Positions 34,885 to 37,396 of a stretch of 37,396 nucleotides of DNA are shown here, one piece after another. This DNA is from Octopus bimaculoides (Eukaryota): the NCBI RefSeq assembly GCF_001194135.2, contig NC_068999.1, positions 42,790,786 to 42,828,181 on the forward strand, written 5' to 3'. A program made the position numbers and the translations under genes. Positions within the stretch are counted from its first letter, which is position 1. Each line of letters begins with the position of its first letter. The notes beneath the pieces were generated by a model. That model was not told where the DNA came from and ran no database searches. It saw only the letters and a program-made list of their open reading frames with translations.

Positions 34885-35495
34885 TGAACGCCATGATGCA
34901 GTTACAATCAGTGTCTCTAATGGCCTCTGATCTTAACTGATTGGAAGTGTGACCATGTACATGTTTTGTCTTGGTACAAAAGATGGGCTACAGCAGCAAA
35001 TTCTCTGCTCAATGCCACAGATTTGCTTGTCCGTTGCTTTGCGTTGGCCACTTGAGCATGTCCCTTAGTGGCCTACGATATTTACATCTCTGATCACGAG
35101 CAGAACTAGTGGTGAGACCTTAAAGCCATGTGTTGAGAAAGATTCTGGGGGTGGGGGTTGAGAAATTCTCCTATGGAAACACGGGTGTTTCGTTTATCAT
35201 CCTTAAACGCCCCTTATTCGGAGACCCTTTGAGCAGGATGGGCTACTCGACCTGAAGAAAATTCTAACTGCCCCCACACCTGGAATGTCATGCGCTGTTT
35301 GTCTTGATATGAGATCGCCATGTCACGCAAATATGGTTGTGATGCATGTGCCTGTCGTACCCTTATCAGACGGGTAGTCATGATGGGTATACTGTGCTTC
35401 GTATGTCTGTACGCCTGTATCATTTTGATAGCGTGTGCTTCTCTACCACTCAATGATATTGATAATAATAATAATGATAATAATGATAAGAACAA
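34883..35495 (+). mobile_element. About 570-bp interspersed repeat ending in an (AAT)-rich tail, probably a 5'-truncated non-LTR retroposon 3' end
   Basis: Complex non-coding block ending cactcaat followed by an AAT-rich tail. I recall this as a high-copy octopus repeat; only one copy is in this window. Confidence 0.5.
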
Positions 35496-35522
35496 TCATA
35501 TACTACTACTACTATTTCTACA

Positions 35523-35615
<93 letters not shown>

Positions 35616-35639
35616 AAGAACAACAACAACAACAACAAC
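35523..35639. repeat. Compound microsatellite (AAT)21(AAG)11(AAC)7
   Basis: Units counted directly. Confidence 0.95.
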
Positions 35640-35687
35640 AAAAGACGAAGACAGATGCATTAGTATAACGCTCGGGAAGTGAAAAAG

Positions 35688-35725
35688 TCTTTAACGTTTC
35701 GAGCCTATGCTCTTCCACAGAAAGA
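35688..35725 (-). ncRNA. Minimal type-I hammerhead-like motif with atypical core (A6>U)
   Basis: Reverse complement UCUUU-CUGUGGA-A-GAGC[AUAG]GCUC-GAAA-CGU-U-AAAGA. It has a 5-bp helix I, a 4-bp helix II, and a palindromic ACGU in place of helix III. Confidence 0.5.
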
Positions 35726-35898
35726 ACACGGAAAGAAACAAGGAGGGAAAATAAAGTGGCTAGCGGTTTATCATGGCGAATGCCGGACAGCGGAGTCGCA
35801 CCGGAGAGCTAGGAAGAAGGGGAGATAGTAAAGTAGTGGCGATCCTAAAACGAAGGTGCGCGTGCGTATGTATAAGAGAGTATGTATGTTTGGAGGCA

Positions 35899-36052
35899 GG
35901 CTTCTTTCAGTTTCCGTATACCGAATCCACTCACAAGTTTCGACCCGAAACTATAGTAGAATATATTTGCCCAAGGTGCCACGCAGTGGAACTGAACCCG
36001 GAACCATGTGGTTGGTAAGCAATCTACTTGCCACTCAGCCACTCCTGCACCT
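35899..36052 (-). mobile_element. tRNA-derived CORE-like SINE (family 2)
   Basis: The reverse complement has A-box TGGCTGAGTGG, B-box-like GGTTCAGTTCC, and GGCACCTTGGGCAA, which resembles the CORE-SINE segment. Confidence 0.9.
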
Positions 36053-36196
36053 ATACATTTGTAATTACAGTTGAAAGCGCCCGTATCTTACAGCAAGCGG
36101 CTGAATAGCGCAACAAGTAGTTGAACAAGGACGGTAATGCTATAAGAGAGACTTGTCTCTCGTATCACTTCACGGAATCTACTATTCCAAAGTTGG

Positions 36197-36431
36197 TTTA
36201 AGCCGTCTGATATCAAGTTGCCTGTGACTGCTCCTGATTTTTTTTATACAAATTCCTTGCTTAAGGAGATCTGAATAAAAGCCATTCCATCAAAATTTCA
36301 TGTTAATTATTTATATTCTAGACGCCAGTTTATTAATGGCAAAATTATTTTCCTGAATTCTTTGTTATTTTCATAATTGACTGACACGAAAGTAATGTAT
36401 TTCAAGAGAAATATGGCGGCAAAGGGGTTGA
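36197..36431 (-). mobile_element. About 230-bp dispersed repeat, probable TTAA/piggyBac-type MITE (copy 2)
   Basis: Homologous to 10411-10643. Its ends TTAAGCCGT… and …AAAGGGGTTGA resemble decayed TTAA-CCCTTT…AAAGGG-TTAA termini. Confidence 0.65.
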
Positions 36432-36748
36432 TAATGACAAACTAAATTCTTAATGATTTTCGAAATTAATTGGAGCAAAAGTACTACGTTTCAACTGAAT
36501 TATGATAAGAAAAGGTTAAAATGTGTCTGTTATTTATCAATATATATTTCTGATACATAGCAAAATGTATCAGAAAAGAAATATTCCACTCTCATATATT
36601 TCTAATCACTTCAAACACGAACGTATTACCTCGAATAACATTTCATACAGTTAGATGCGAAACCGTGACCGAGAATATTGAATATACGTATACATAGGGG
36701 CTACTATCGATACGTATTTCTATCAATGATTAAAAAAAGTGATTGAGG

Positions 36749-36756
<8 letters not shown>

Positions 36757-36834
<78 letters not shown>
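36757..36834. repeat. (GA)n microsatellite
   Basis: Seen directly. Confidence 0.95.
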
Positions 36835-36840
<6 letters not shown>

Positions 36841-37055
36841 CAGACAGACAGATAATAACATAGATTGGTGCAAAACAGATATATAGACACCTAGAATTAT
36901 AGAGGAGCGTTCAGTCTTGTATTTATTTGTGATTACATATCTGTGCGAATTTTCTTTTTTTGTGTGCGCACGTGTTTACGCGGGCGGTTGTAAGTGAGAT
37001 AGAGAAATTTAAAAGACATAGAAAGCTAGCGAGCTACACAGACAGACAGACAGAC

Positions 37056-37096
<41 letters not shown>

Positions 37097-37275
37097 CATA
37101 CATACATTGACGGACGGACGGACGGACAGACGGAGGGACGGACAGACTGATAGACAGACGGACGCATAGACAGACGGACGCATAGACAGACAGAACAGAC
37201 ATTCAGACAGACAGGTAGGCAAACAGATAGATAAATAGATACAGAGAAAGGGAGTGAGAGAGAGATGGATAGATG

Positions 37276-37329
<54 letters not shown>

Positions 37330-37396
37330 TTGATATACAGCCGGTCAGACAGGCGAAGCAGCGGAGAGAGAGACAGGCAGATAGTTAGATAGATAG

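Overview
Eukaryotic, AT-rich, repeat-dominated genomic DNA. The SINE, LINE and mariner families and the dense di-, tri- and tetranucleotide microsatellites match what I recall of an Octopus (coleoid cephalopod) draft scaffold. About 4.6 kb (12%) is assembly gap, in 14 N-runs, most of them beside (TA)n or (TG)n tracts. I recognise no intact host protein-coding gene, tRNA, rRNA or CRISPR. Essentially all ORFs in the supplied track are microsatellite or N-gap artefacts, so the window looks like a large intron or intergenic DNA. Supportable content: many tRNA-derived SINE copies of at least two families, decayed non-LTR retrotransposon pieces (Tx1/L1-like twice, HERO/RLE-like, RTE-like), two copies of a rearranged mariner, MITE-like elements and several minisatellites. 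The most notable observations are: (1) minimal type-I hammerhead-like motifs with a shared atypical core, one forming the tail of a CORE-type SINE; (2) a mariner derivative whose two copies share an internal inversion; (3) a SINE dimer inside a single 17-bp target-site duplication; (4) a 215-bp foldback element; (5) a tight cluster of CRE sites. Family assignments come from pattern recall and manual translation, not from database searches.
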